This document shows positions 35,488 to 45,188 of a stretch of 64,000 nucleotides of DNA, in pieces. The position numbers and the translations under genes were made by a program. Position 1 is the first letter of the stretch, and every line of letters starts with the position of its first letter. Below the pieces are notes generated by a model. The model did not search any database. It was not told the origin of the DNA and saw only the letters and a program-made list of their open reading frames with translations. Location: the IMG/VR virus record IMGVR_UViG_3300014638_000001; one strand, written 5' to 3'. The DNA is from a virus.

Positions 35488-36372
35488 ATGAGCAAAAAAT
35501 CACACGCCGAGTACATGCGGAAATGGCGCAACGGGAACGAAGACTATGCCGAATACATGCGTCAATATCGCCAAGAGAATCGCGACAAGATTGCTAGCGA
35601 TCATCAAGCTTGGCGCCAGCGTAACCAGAAACGTAACGCTGAACTGGCGCGCGAGTGGATTGTTAAAAATCCCGTTCTTGCTGCCTGTATCCGCAAGGCT
35701 CAGGCGGCCAACAGCCGTTTTCCTGGAAGACTCACGGCGCAGGATGTCTTTGAGATTATCGAGCGTTCTGGCTATAAGTGCCACTGGTGTGGTAAAGAAA
35801 ATCTACGGGGGCCAGATTTGACGTTGGAGCATTTACAGCCGGTGAATGACAAGCGGTATCTCACGGTCGCCTGTCGCTCGTGCAATGGGGCGCATAAGCA
35901 CAAATATTCAGATCGCATCCCGATCACCCCGGAGGAGCGAAAGGCTAAAGATGCCGTTCGCCTACGTGGTTGGTATCTCAACAATCAAGATCTCCAGCGC
36001 CAGCGGCAGCGTGATTATGAGGCTCGCATCAGGCTTCGGGAACAAGGATTTCCCGTTGATGATGCGCCTCGGACTAAGGCGATCAAGTGGAATCAGGCAC
36101 ACAGCGATATCAAACCGGCTGGCACATCGATGGCACAATTCCTCCACTCTCACGTAAAGTCTTCCATGGCACGCTATTCCGGCGACATCACGATCAACGA
36201 TGTGCGCGAGATCATCGACCGGGAAGAGCGGAAGTGCCGCTGGTGCGGCAAAGAGCGCCTTTTCGGCGAAGACCTGACGCTTGAGCACCTCGACGAAACG
36301 AATGCGAAAGAAGCGATCGTTCTGGCGTGCCGGTCGTGTAACTCAAAGAAGTTACAGGAGGTAACAATTTGA
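35488..36372 (+). CDS. HNH endonuclease with duplicated HNH modules
   Basis: Twice: YM/WxR..SRxxGxxTxxDV.EII.R...KCxWCGKE.L.G.DLTLEHL....ACRSCN; TTGATG-17-TATAAT upstream. Confidence 0.82.
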   Translation: MSKKSHAEYMRKWRNGNEDYAEYMRQYRQENRDKIASDHQAWRQRNQKRNAELAREWIVKNPVLAACIRKAQAANSRFPGRLTAQDVFEIIERSGYKCHWCGKENLRGPDLTLEHLQPVNDKRYLTVACRSCNGAHKHKYSDRIPITPEERKAKDAVRLRGWYLNNQDLQRQRQRDYEARIRLREQGFPVDDAPRTKAIKWNQAHSDIKPAGTSMAQFLHSHVKSSMARYSGDITINDVREIIDREERKCRWCGKERLFGEDLTLEHLDETNAKEAIVLACRSCNSKKLQEVTI

Positions 36373-36836
36373 GCGTAGTCTCCCCGCTCTATGGATCGAG
36401 CGGCCAAACCATCACGTGCACGTTCACTTCGCTCGGCGGAAGCTCACAGCGATGCTCCCTAGCGGTCGCGAGCGCTTCCGGAAGCAGCCTTGAAGTGTTT
36501 GTTGGAGTAGAGGCCACCACGGGTCCAGGCGGCGCTGGTTCGGTCAACGTCTACGGATACGGCACTGCGAACGGTGGAACAAATTACACTGACGGTGTGC
36601 CGGGAACCGATTCGGCGGTTGTGCTCACCAGTCCACCAAACGTCAGAATCATCGGCACAATCAACTGCCCTTCCAGCGGGTCGAGCTACATCGGCGGGCC
36701 TTTCCCGTTGAGCCTTGCCTTTGGGGGTACGATGCCGGACCACTGGGGCATTGTCGTGGAAAATGCAACAGGAACTTCGCTTGCCGGCTCGTCCTGCAGC
36801 GCCTGGTATCAGTCGGTTCAACAACAGGTCGTCTAG
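36369..36836 (+). CDS. putative virion structural protein, 155 aa
   Basis: GGAGGT SD, TTG start overlapping upstream stop. Confidence 0.65.
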   Translation: MSVVSPLYGSSGQTITCTFTSLGGSSQRCSLAVASASGSSLEVFVGVEATTGPGGAGSVNVYGYGTANGGTNYTDGVPGTDSAVVLTSPPNVRIIGTINCPSSGSSYIGGPFPLSLAFGGTMPDHWGIVVENATGTSLAGSSCSAWYQSVQQQVV

Positions 36837-36851
36837 GAGGAGGGCCTAGCG

Positions 36852-39131
36852 ATGGCACTCCTCTATCGCACACTTCGCTCGAGCCTCAAGCCGATCCTCG
36901 GCCTCAATGACATCAGTGCCCCTTCTGCGCAGAATCTGCAAGCTGGGTACCTGCTCAACGAAGCAGGCGGCGCGGTCCTCCATGATGTGCGTGGCGTCAC
37001 GCCGGCGCAGCTCTCCGGAACTTACAACTGGCTACAAGGTCCAAGCGGGCCGGTAGTCAACTTCAACGGTGGGCTCGCCACTGGCCCATCTGCCGCACTT
37101 GACCCGTTCACAATCGGGTTCTGGCTGAAGTTGAGCACAGTGGCGCCGTCCAACCAGGACCCAATTTGTAAGTGCGATTCCTCTATCGGCCATGGTTGGA
37201 TTATCCAGGTTGAATCGAGCGGTGGTGGAAATATCCGGTTTGATGCCGCATTCACCGGAGCGAATAACTTTCAGCTTCAAATGGCGGTCCCAGACACGAC
37301 ACACTGGCATTTCTACGTCTTTTACTGGGACAAAACCGGAGCCCACACCGGCGGCAACAGCAACGATGCGCACTCAGGCATCTATCTTGATGGCAAGCCT
37401 GCATTCATCAATACGGCGATCAGTGGCAGTGGCAGCCGCGTCTCCGATTCCGGCCAGCCCTTGACATTTGGTGCATTTACAGGCGGGATTTCCCCGCTGA
37501 GCAACGGGCAAATTGGATCCGTGTTCTTTTGGAATCGCATCGTTTCAGAGGCGGAAATTCAGGATCTTTACACTAAGACCTACCCCGCCATTAGGCCCTT
37601 GCATGTTTACCCAGCGCCACCGCCAATCCCCTCGCAGGACTATATCTTCTACGATTCCTTCGATTACCACCTCAAACAACAGCTAGCCCAGAAGTCATTC
37701 AATAGAAATGTCGAAACAGAAGGTTTCTGGGGGGAAGTGGTGCCAACCGGGGTTCCGACGTTCGGTTATGCTTTCGACGACCGCACCGATTACCGACAGG
37801 CTCCACTGCGCGCCGCTCACTTCCCGCGCGACCAGGTTGCTTTCCTTGACTTCGCGCCAGTAACGCCCGTGGTGCCATCCCAGGATTACATCTTCTATGA
37901 TTCGTTCGACTATCGCGCGGCCGCCAGCCGGATTCAGCAGGCACATTTCGATCGAAACGCGGTTTTGAGCAACTTTCAAGCAACGGTTCCACCGTCATTC
38001 GGCTGGAATTTCTATGACTCCTTCGATTACAAGGCACGGCAGAATCGCTTGGCGCACTTTCCGCGCGACTACGTGGCTGATGCCGGCATCATCTTTGCGG
38101 CAACCGGCGCGGCCGCGGCACCCAGCATCGGCTACCTGTTCTACGATTCCTTCGACTACAACAAAGCCAAGCGGTTGAATCTGCAGTTCCCGCGGAATTA
38201 TGTGGACAACACAGCGGCGCTATTCACGCCGGTTGGGTTGAGCGTTCCCTCGCAGGACTACATCTTCTACGACTCGAACGACTACGTAGGGCACGCGCGC
38301 CAGGCCGCGCAGCATGCGTTTCGACGGGACTACGTCGCCGAGCCACCGTGGAGTGCTCTTATCACACCGGCCTTTGTGGACCCGGCCGGCTGGTATCCCA
38401 TCGTCACGCCGATCTCTGTCCCGGTACGCCAGCGACAAAGTTACTTCTATATAGGAGTGCCGAATGATCTCCGCGATGGCACCCTGTTGCCGGCCTGGAA
38501 TTTCCTGCAAATCGGAGATTCGTCGCAAGAGCCATTGCGCCAGCGGGAATTGTTTCGACGCCTGCAACAGAATGTCGACCCAGTGAAGCCACCAAAGACC
38601 TTCCTGAGCGTCTTTTTCAGCGCCACCTGGGCACCATGGAACGCCAATCTGAGCAAGGCCGCAACCCGTAATTTCGTGGCGAGGATGCAAGCCTGGGCGG
38701 CGAGTCTCTCGATATTGTCACCGCACCCGCCGGCAATCGTCGGCTTCATGCTCAACGTGTGCTCGGAGTCGCGTCTGCTCGCAGCCATAAAGTACACCAT
38801 AGCAACAGTTTGCCAAGATCCAAGGACGGTCACCGTGCCTCTCAATACAACGCCAGTTTGCATGACATTCGTGAAAGACCCACAAGCCACCACCGACTAT
38901 TCGATCGACTGGACGATGCCGCTCACCGCCGCCTCGGACACGATTAAGACCTCTTCCTGGGCTACCGATCCAGGGGTCGCGGTGGCGAAATCAACTTACG
39001 TCGGCTATGTGGTCACCGCGTTCATCTCGGGTGGCACGGTGGGCTCCAGCTACTCGGTCACAAACACGATCACCACTCCCGGCGGGCGCACGCTGGCACA
39101 GAACTTTATCGTCAAAGTGCAATTGCTATAG
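36852..39131 (+). CDS. tail fibre/receptor-binding protein: LamG-like lectin domain, six aromatic repeats, C-terminal fibre-adaptor domain
   Basis: FTIGFWLK..WHFYVFYW..YLDG..GQIGSVFFWNRIVSEAEIQDLY; KDPQATTDYSIDW. Confidence 0.8.
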   Translation: MALLYRTLRSSLKPILGLNDISAPSAQNLQAGYLLNEAGGAVLHDVRGVTPAQLSGTYNWLQGPSGPVVNFNGGLATGPSAALDPFTIGFWLKLSTVAPSNQDPICKCDSSIGHGWIIQVESSGGGNIRFDAAFTGANNFQLQMAVPDTTHWHFYVFYWDKTGAHTGGNSNDAHSGIYLDGKPAFINTAISGSGSRVSDSGQPLTFGAFTGGISPLSNGQIGSVFFWNRIVSEAEIQDLYTKTYPAIRPLHVYPAPPPIPSQDYIFYDSFDYHLKQQLAQKSFNRNVETEGFWGEVVPTGVPTFGYAFDDRTDYRQAPLRAAHFPRDQVAFLDFAPVTPVVPSQDYIFYDSFDYRAAASRIQQAHFDRNAVLSNFQATVPPSFGWNFYDSFDYKARQNRLAHFPRDYVADAGIIFAATGAAAAPSIGYLFYDSFDYNKAKRLNLQFPRNYVDNTAALFTPVGLSVPSQDYIFYDSNDYVGHARQAAQHAFRRDYVAEPPWSALITPAFVDPAGWYPIVTPISVPVRQRQSYFYIGVPNDLRDGTLLPAWNFLQIGDSSQEPLRQRELFRRLQQNVDPVKPPKTFLSVFFSATWAPWNANLSKAATRNFVARMQAWAASLSILSPHPPAIVGFMLNVCSESRLLAAIKYTIATVCQDPRTVTVPLNTTPVCMTFVKDPQATTDYSIDWTMPLTAASDTIKTSSWATDPGVAVAKSTYVGYVVTAFISGGTVGSSYSVTNTITTPGGRTLAQNFIVKVQLL
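37630..38340 (+). repeat. six ~45-aa repeats P(S/T)(QD/xG)YxFYDSFDY...HFxR(N/D)YV
   Basis: Seen directly in the translation; CCxTCxCAGGAxTAxATCTTCTAxGA recurs at ~37630, ~37876, ~38247. Confidence 0.8.
38442..38459. repeat. 18-bp palindrome, copy 6 (16/18), intragenic (YFYIGV)
   Basis: tACTtCTATATAGGAGTG. Confidence 0.8.
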
Positions 39132-39133
39132 TG

Positions 39134-39157
39134 TTGACCGAAATCTTCGCGTAGGAT
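39134..39157 (+). promoter_or_regulatory. TTGACC-GAAATCTTCGCG(12)-TAGGAT promoter-like site
   Basis: 10 nt before ATG 39168, no good SD. Confidence 0.55.
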
Positions 39158-39167
39158 TGGGGTTAGT

Positions 39168-39962
39168 ATGGCGATCCAGTACAGTGGCGGTCCGATCGTT
39201 TACAACAACTTCCTGGGCGATACCATCGCCGATCTCAAAAACGGCATCAACACGAACCTCTCGAACGCTGGCTGGAGCTCCTCGGTAGTGGCCGGGGGTT
39301 ACACGCTGACCTGCGCATTGACCCCGCAATCACTGCAGTGCTCGATCAAGCTGCTCGACAACGGCACCAGCGTCACGATCCAGTTCTGCAACGTGGCCTT
39401 GACACAGCTCGGCGTCATCCACACCTCCACGCCGGCCGCCAACAAACGGTACCAGATCCTCGCCGATCCTTACCAGTTCTTTCTGTATTTGCCGAACGTG
39501 TCGACGCCATCGAGCGGCGCCATTATGGGCGGGGTTCCATGGATCCCGGCATTCCTACAGGCCGGCACAACCACAGCCATCTGGTCAATCGGCGACGGTG
39601 CGGGCAACGCGACGTTTCGGAATAGCCTCGCGCCGAATTCTTCGGATACTGACTATCAGTTCAACGCCAATGTCGGCAGCGGGTCCGGGCAGGGTAGTCC
39701 ACAGCTCTTCGGCGTCCAAAGCAATGCGACTACGCTGGGTCTGGCAGGTCTCTGGTTTAATAATGCCGCGATCATCTGTGAGCCGATGTTGGGCTACGGA
39801 ACCAGTAACAACGCGCTTCCGGTGATCGTCGGCGAATTGTGGGATGCCGCGCTGGTGATGCAATCCTACCAGCTCGATCTGCAGACAAATTTCAACAGCC
39901 ACAATTACACCAACATCACCGACAACAACGCCAACGGCAGCCTGTTTGTCGCGACTACATAG
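39168..39962 (+). CDS. tail protein paralog A (MAIQYSG family), 264 aa
   Basis: Shared GW..TPxxL..YQFFxY..EP.L..GxLWDAAL motifs. Confidence 0.75.
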   Translation: MAIQYSGGPIVYNNFLGDTIADLKNGINTNLSNAGWSSSVVAGGYTLTCALTPQSLQCSIKLLDNGTSVTIQFCNVALTQLGVIHTSTPAANKRYQILADPYQFFLYLPNVSTPSSGAIMGGVPWIPAFLQAGTTTAIWSIGDGAGNATFRNSLAPNSSDTDYQFNANVGSGSGQGSPQLFGVQSNATTLGLAGLWFNNAAIICEPMLGYGTSNNALPVIVGELWDAALVMQSYQLDLQTNFNSHNYTNITDNNANGSLFVATT

Positions 39963-39971
39963 GAGGTTTTT

Positions 39972-41618
39972 TTGTCGATCCAATATTCGGGCACCGTGAT
40001 CAACGACAGCTTCACCGGGCAGTCGGTGCAAAGTATTCTCGACGGAATCAAGACCGCGCTGCTTGCCGCAGGTTGGACGCTGTACAACCGGCATCGCGCT
40101 GGCGCGACGTTTCTGAATTATCCGTTCAACGGAATCCCTGCTAATGGCGAATGGGTTGAGATCGGCCAAACCGTCTACAAGTTCTACACGTCCACACCTT
40201 TCACGGACGGATCCTTCCCGGTGTTCGCAGGCTCCGGCGCTTCCGCACAAACCTGTTTCTCAAATCTCGGGAGCGCAATTCAAAACAATGACCCCATTTT
40301 CAACTGCATTCAGGCTGGTACATTCGATCTCCCGCAAGCATGGAATGGAGTCCAAATCGTAGCCGGCAGCAGTACGACAGCCTACAACAACATCACGCTA
40401 GGCGTGGACAGCGCTAATTTAGGGAGCTGGTTCGTGACTCCTGCTGCATCTACCGGCGTGGGGATTACCACCGAGGGTGGTTGGGAGTTGGAATCGCAAC
40501 AGACTGGAGAAGGCTTGAAGCTGCGCGTGCGCCTGGTCGGAGAGTTCAACCCATCAGCGGGGCTCCAAGCGAATCTGTACGTCACAACAGTGCTAGAGGA
40601 CACCACCAGCGCGGTTTATTCGATCACTGTTAACCCGGTTTTGACCTATCGGATCATCTGCGGGCCGTACCAACTGTTCATTTTCGCCAGCGAGTCAACC
40701 ACGAACGGTACGGCCGTGTCTGGCGGCGTTCCTTATTTGCAGAGCTTTCTTGTCCCAAATCCGATCACGGCCGCTACTTCGGCAACGCCAGTCCAGTGTA
40801 CAACGCTCAACGCACACGGCTTATCGACCGGCCAAACCATTTCGATTACGGAAGCGCTCGAAAAGATGACCATCGGATCGATGGGGCGCCAGCCAAGCGG
40901 CTTACAAACCGGGAACATTCTCGTCAGCGGCAATAACACGTTCCGGACCGGAGACACAGTACGAATTAGCACCGGCGACGCTGTAGTCGACGGAATCTAC
41001 ACCATCAGCAACGTCAGTAGCACCTCATTCTCGCTCGACAACTCCACGCCGAATATCGGGACGGCAACCGGCTTCTGCTACGGGCCGAAACATTCTGTGA
41101 ACGGTACCTGGACCGTCACGGTGATCGACAACTTCAACTTCACATTGAATGGTTCTGTGGGCGCCGGCTCGCAGCCGTATTACGGCGTCGGATTGGTGGC
41201 TGCGCCAGGCACACTGAACCGCGCTATCTGGTCAGTCGGGTCTTCTGGCGCCAACTTCCGCACGGGCCTGTACTCCGCCGGCAATGCGCAATTCATGGCG
41301 CTGAACTCGGCGAGTTACGAAGCGCTGACGAATATCGATCAGGCCAATCCGCGTTTAGTGATGCCGGGATTGCCTGGCAAGCCCTTGAATTTCTCTAACG
41401 GATGCGCAGCAGTGATCGAGCCGCTCATTGCCGCCGGCGCGAATGGGGCTGGCTCGCCGCCAATGGTCTTCGGACAGCTCTGGGACTCAGCTCTGGTGAC
41501 GACGATCTACACGCTGGACATTGAAACCAGCTTTGACAACCATAACTACCACTTGTACAGCTCGCAAGTTGGCGACTCCACACACTTCCAGGGCGGCTTT
41601 TTCTTGGCAATTTCGTGA
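39972..41618 (+). CDS. tail protein paralog B with inserted domains, 548 aa
   Basis: Same core as 39168; ITAATSATPVQCTTLNAHGLSTGQ (E1-FCCH-like insert). Confidence 0.75.
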   Translation: MSIQYSGTVINDSFTGQSVQSILDGIKTALLAAGWTLYNRHRAGATFLNYPFNGIPANGEWVEIGQTVYKFYTSTPFTDGSFPVFAGSGASAQTCFSNLGSAIQNNDPIFNCIQAGTFDLPQAWNGVQIVAGSSTTAYNNITLGVDSANLGSWFVTPAASTGVGITTEGGWELESQQTGEGLKLRVRLVGEFNPSAGLQANLYVTTVLEDTTSAVYSITVNPVLTYRIICGPYQLFIFASESTTNGTAVSGGVPYLQSFLVPNPITAATSATPVQCTTLNAHGLSTGQTISITEALEKMTIGSMGRQPSGLQTGNILVSGNNTFRTGDTVRISTGDAVVDGIYTISNVSSTSFSLDNSTPNIGTATGFCYGPKHSVNGTWTVTVIDNFNFTLNGSVGAGSQPYYGVGLVAAPGTLNRAIWSVGSSGANFRTGLYSAGNAQFMALNSASYEALTNIDQANPRLVMPGLPGKPLNFSNGCAAVIEPLIAAGANGAGSPPMVFGQLWDSALVTTIYTLDIETSFDNHNYHLYSSQVGDSTHFQGGFFLAIS

Positions 41619-41624
41619 GGTGCA

Positions 41625-43295
41625 ATGGCTATCCAGTATACGGGCTCCGTGCAAACCACGACTTTCTCCGGAGCGAGCGTCAATTCTATTCTCGATGGCA
41701 TCAAAAACGGTCTCACTGCTGGCGGTTGGACGCTCGTTAAGAATCGTTTTCGTGCGCAGAATACCTTCACGAATGAGCCATTTTTGGAGAATCCATTCAA
41801 CGGGGAGATCCGCGGAATCGGTGCGACAAACTATCTCTTTTTGAATACGGCAATCGGTTGTCCAACTGTGCAGATCGAGCCAAGCGCATCGGGCTCGATC
41901 TTCAATTGGAGTCTGCAAATCAATGCCTGTGACCCTCTATTCTACTCGCCCTTCGGCGGGCAGGTGCCAGCACAGACCGACGCGCGCGCGCCATCCTATC
42001 TGTACATTGTGGCTCAGCACGATGGCACGGTCGGAAACAACCAAGCCTGCACATTACAGAGCGCGAATTTCGGGACCTGGCAATCTGGCGTCACCTTCGG
42101 TGGCGGCTGGGAGATGGTCTCGGCAATAACGCCAGAGGGGCTGCAGATCAAAGTTCAGGCGGTCTGTGACTTCATCTTCGGCGTTGGAATCGTCGCTGAC
42201 ATCTATATTTCCTCCGTGCTCGAAGACGTCATCAGCCAGCCAATTCAAATCAACGTGCAGAATGTCGCTTACACAGTTACCGCGGATCCGTACCAGTTCT
42301 TTCTCTACCAGAACGGCAGTGCGAACGCCTTCACATCGGCAAGCGGTGGCACGCCGTACCTCTATTCGATCACCGCACCGCTGCTCATTTCGAGCGTGGT
42401 TGCTCCGCTGAACGGAAGCGTCACCTGCCAGACGGCGAGCCCTCATGGCCTAGTCAATGGGCCAAACGGGACTGGCCCGATCATCCAGATTTTCGAAGCA
42501 CGGGAAACGATGGGGGTCAGCGGATCGAATGTCAGTTCGTTGCCTAGCGCACTCGGGAACACCTTTTTGCAAGCGGCATCGGATTTCCAGAATGGTGATG
42601 TGATTCAATTAACAGGAAGTGGGGCTGCAACGGATGGAACCTTCAAAATTCACAATGTGATTCCGTTCAATGCGTTGTCCGGGACACCGGGGTTCACCCT
42701 CGACAACACGCTTGGGGTGTCTGGTTTAGGGGGAACGATTATCGGGCCAGCTCATAGCATCAATGGCAGTTGGCAAATCACAGTTGTCGACACGACGCAT
42801 TTCGTTCTGAACGGCGCGGTTGGCACCGGTATCCAGTACGTCGCGAACACTGGGCTGGTCGCCGCCGCGAACCACATCGCCCGCTGCCTCTGGGGTTTTG
42901 GGTCGAACAGCAATTATAATCTCCGGAACTCGCTGCGATCGGATTCGAACGCGCAATTCATCTGCGTCAATGGTGCCAGCTATAACCAACTCAACCAGGG
43001 GGATCCGGCTGCCCCACGCTTTATCTACCCCGGCATACCGGGTCAGCCCCTGCGTTACAGCAACGGCTGTGCCGTTCTGATGGAACCGCTGTTAGCCGCC
43101 GGCTTGGATGGCACGAGCAGCCACGCGCAAGTTCTTGGCCAGCTCTGGGATGCCGCGTTGATCACCGGCGCTTTCATGACAGATCAGCAATCGGCTGTCG
43201 ACGCGCATAACTTTTCGGCGTACTGTAATGACCAGGGACAGACCTTCCCTCTGCCGCTCATCTTGCAGGGTAGCCTTTGGATCGTGTATCAGTAG
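41625..43295 (+). CDS. tail protein paralog C with inserted domains, 556 aa
   Basis: Collinear with 39972. Confidence 0.75.
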   Translation: MAIQYTGSVQTTTFSGASVNSILDGIKNGLTAGGWTLVKNRFRAQNTFTNEPFLENPFNGEIRGIGATNYLFLNTAIGCPTVQIEPSASGSIFNWSLQINACDPLFYSPFGGQVPAQTDARAPSYLYIVAQHDGTVGNNQACTLQSANFGTWQSGVTFGGGWEMVSAITPEGLQIKVQAVCDFIFGVGIVADIYISSVLEDVISQPIQINVQNVAYTVTADPYQFFLYQNGSANAFTSASGGTPYLYSITAPLLISSVVAPLNGSVTCQTASPHGLVNGPNGTGPIIQIFEARETMGVSGSNVSSLPSALGNTFLQAASDFQNGDVIQLTGSGAATDGTFKIHNVIPFNALSGTPGFTLDNTLGVSGLGGTIIGPAHSINGSWQITVVDTTHFVLNGAVGTGIQYVANTGLVAAANHIARCLWGFGSNSNYNLRNSLRSDSNAQFICVNGASYNQLNQGDPAAPRFIYPGIPGQPLRYSNGCAVLMEPLLAAGLDGTSSHAQVLGQLWDAALITGAFMTDQQSAVDAHNFSAYCNDQGQTFPLPLILQGSLWIVYQ

Positions 43296-44585
43296 ATGGC
43301 TTTCATCATCAATTTCGTCACCCCGCGCAACGTCGGGAACGCCACTACCTGGATCCAGATCCCGGAGAGTTTACAATTCACCGCGGGCGGTAAAACAGCC
43401 GCCGGTGGCGCTTCCTTACTTGGCGCCGTTGCGGTCGGTGAACAAGGTATCGGCTTTGACGAATGCGTGCAGCAGTCTTCGGGTGTCCTAGCAATCAGCT
43501 TCCAGGACATCCATGCGCTGGACAAAACCACCGAAAATGCTCCTATCCTGGAAGATCAATATGAGCTTCCGGCGAATACGGCGAATGCGAATACCTGGCA
43601 GCCGATGAATCCGTTCCCATGGCCAGTGGCGGGATTCTCGGATTTCTCCTGGCAGCCGATGAATTCCGGGACAATGAGCAACCCGTGCGCCGTAGGCGCG
43701 AACGTCGCCGGCTCGAACGCTCCGTTCGACGGCGTGATGTCGCCTGGTTCATGCTTGCTCACAGAGAGCTTCATGGATGGCGCCTTTGCGCCTGGCTCGT
43801 GCCTGCAGGGTTTTAGTTTCATGCTTGGAGCGGAAGCTATCCCGCGCTGCGCTGCCGAATGGAATGGTTGCCAGCTCTCGCATATCGTTCCACCACCACT
43901 ACCACCAATTGCGCCACAGCCTGTGCTGCCGCCCAGCATACCGCCACCATCGACATTGGGCTCCGGATTCCAATGCGAGATCATTTTCCAGAAGGCGCCA
44001 CAAGACATCATCGACTTCTCGGAAGTCTGGGGCAACTGGCTGATCGGGAGCGATACGATCGTTTCTGCATCTTGGGCGGCCGATTCTGGGTTGACGATTC
44101 TTAGCTCGAGTTTCACCGCGACCACAACCACCGTGTTTGTGAGCGGCGGCATAGCCGGACAGATCTATGCCCTCCGTGGCGCGATCGCCACAGCCGCCGG
44201 CCGTATTGAATTGCGATCTGCATTGGTTTACGTGCTGACCTGCAATCCGAACTCGGCATCGCCCCCATCGAAAGCAGCAATCCAGTGCTTCCGGATTGCC
44301 CCGAAGAACCCGGCATCCGTTGTCGATATTCAGATCAGTTGGGCTTCCTACCTGGTGCCGGGGGATTACATCCTCAATTCGAGCTGGTTTGGCCCAGGTG
44401 GCGTCGGCTTAGGATCAAGCACCTACACACAGAATTCCGCGTCAGTGCGAGTGTCTGGGGGGATTTCTGGCACCAACTACGCGATCACGAACCTGATAAC
44501 TACAGCGCTAGGGCAAACAGCAGTTCGCCGGGTGGAAGTAGAAGTCGGCACCTGTATAACGACCAACTCACCGCAGCAATCCTGA
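43296..44585 (+). CDS. tail protein with two C-terminal fibre-adaptor domains
   Basis: KAPQDIIDFSEVWGNWL and KNPASVVDIQISWASYL, homologous to the 39131 C-terminus. Confidence 0.72.
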   Translation: MAFIINFVTPRNVGNATTWIQIPESLQFTAGGKTAAGGASLLGAVAVGEQGIGFDECVQQSSGVLAISFQDIHALDKTTENAPILEDQYELPANTANANTWQPMNPFPWPVAGFSDFSWQPMNSGTMSNPCAVGANVAGSNAPFDGVMSPGSCLLTESFMDGAFAPGSCLQGFSFMLGAEAIPRCAAEWNGCQLSHIVPPPLPPIAPQPVLPPSIPPPSTLGSGFQCEIIFQKAPQDIIDFSEVWGNWLIGSDTIVSASWAADSGLTILSSSFTATTTTVFVSGGIAGQIYALRGAIATAAGRIELRSALVYVLTCNPNSASPPSKAAIQCFRIAPKNPASVVDIQISWASYLVPGDYILNSSWFGPGGVGLGSSTYTQNSASVRVSGGISGTNYAITNLITTALGQTAVRRVEVEVGTCITTNSPQQS

Positions 44586-44589
44586 CCGG

Positions 44590-44607
44590 CACTCCTATAT
44601 AGGAGTG
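44590..44607. repeat. 18-bp palindrome, copy 7 (perfect), between convergent genes
   Basis: CACTCCTATATAGGAGTG. Confidence 0.95.
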
Positions 44608-44611
44608 TTTT

Positions 44612-45034
44612 TTAGAGTGTCCCGTTATCGCTCTTGCCGTTGGCGGTCGCCTTCCAAGCCAATAGCGGCGTCCCGATATCGAACTGAATCGTAAGGCTGT
44701 CGGAACCCGATGTGAGCGTCTTGGAGACACTCACGCCCGGCTGAAGCACATCGGTGTAGGTGCCGATGAGTGTGGTCCCTTTCTCACAGATTCCGGTGAC
44801 TTGGCTGTACATGGCCGCGCGCGGAGCCATGGTCGGGCGCTGGGTGACGGAGATGTCGCAGGAGAGTGCCCCGGCAGTCACACGCACGCCGGTTGTAACA
44901 CCGTTTTTGTTGGTGAACCGGGTGACGTCACCAGCCCGGACATTGGTTTGCGCCCGTGTGTTGATGGCAACATTGAGGAGAAAGCCTAGTGTTAGGGTGG
45001 CAAAGGTTAAAAGCGTGAACGTGTCAACTTTCAT
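44612..45034 (-). CDS. secreted/periplasmic hypothetical protein, 140 aa
   Basis: N-terminal signal peptide (…INTRA|Q); TATACT 7 nt upstream (leaderless). Confidence 0.7.
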   Translation of the reverse strand: MKVDTFTLLTFATLTLGFLLNVAINTRAQTNVRAGDVTRFTNKNGVTTGVRVTAGALSCDISVTQRPTMAPRAAMYSQVTGICEKGTTLIGTYTDVLQPGVSVSKTLTSGSDSLTIQFDIGTPLLAWKATANGKSDNGTL

Positions 45035-45049
45035 GTTGACAAGTATACG

Positions 45050-45172
45050 CTAATTGCCGACGCCCATCATAGGCAATTGCTGCTGGGCTGCTGTGACCAC
45101 TACGGGTGTCACCGTTGCGGCGATCGCGCCACCAAATTCCAGGACCGCAGTTTCAACTCCACCGAACATCAT
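45050..45172 (-). CDS. small hypothetical protein, 40 aa
   Basis: AAGGAGG SD; MMFGGVETAVLEFGGAIAATVTPVVV... Confidence 0.5.
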   Translation of the reverse strand: MMFGGVETAVLEFGGAIAATVTPVVVTAAQQQLPMMGVGN

Positions 45173-45188
45173 AGTTTAATGCGCCTCC

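Noticed and set aside
39955-39966. Partial ATAGGAG/TAGGAGTG matches (19611, 35465, 39959) as further palindrome copies
   Set aside because: Only the SD half is present; no left arm.
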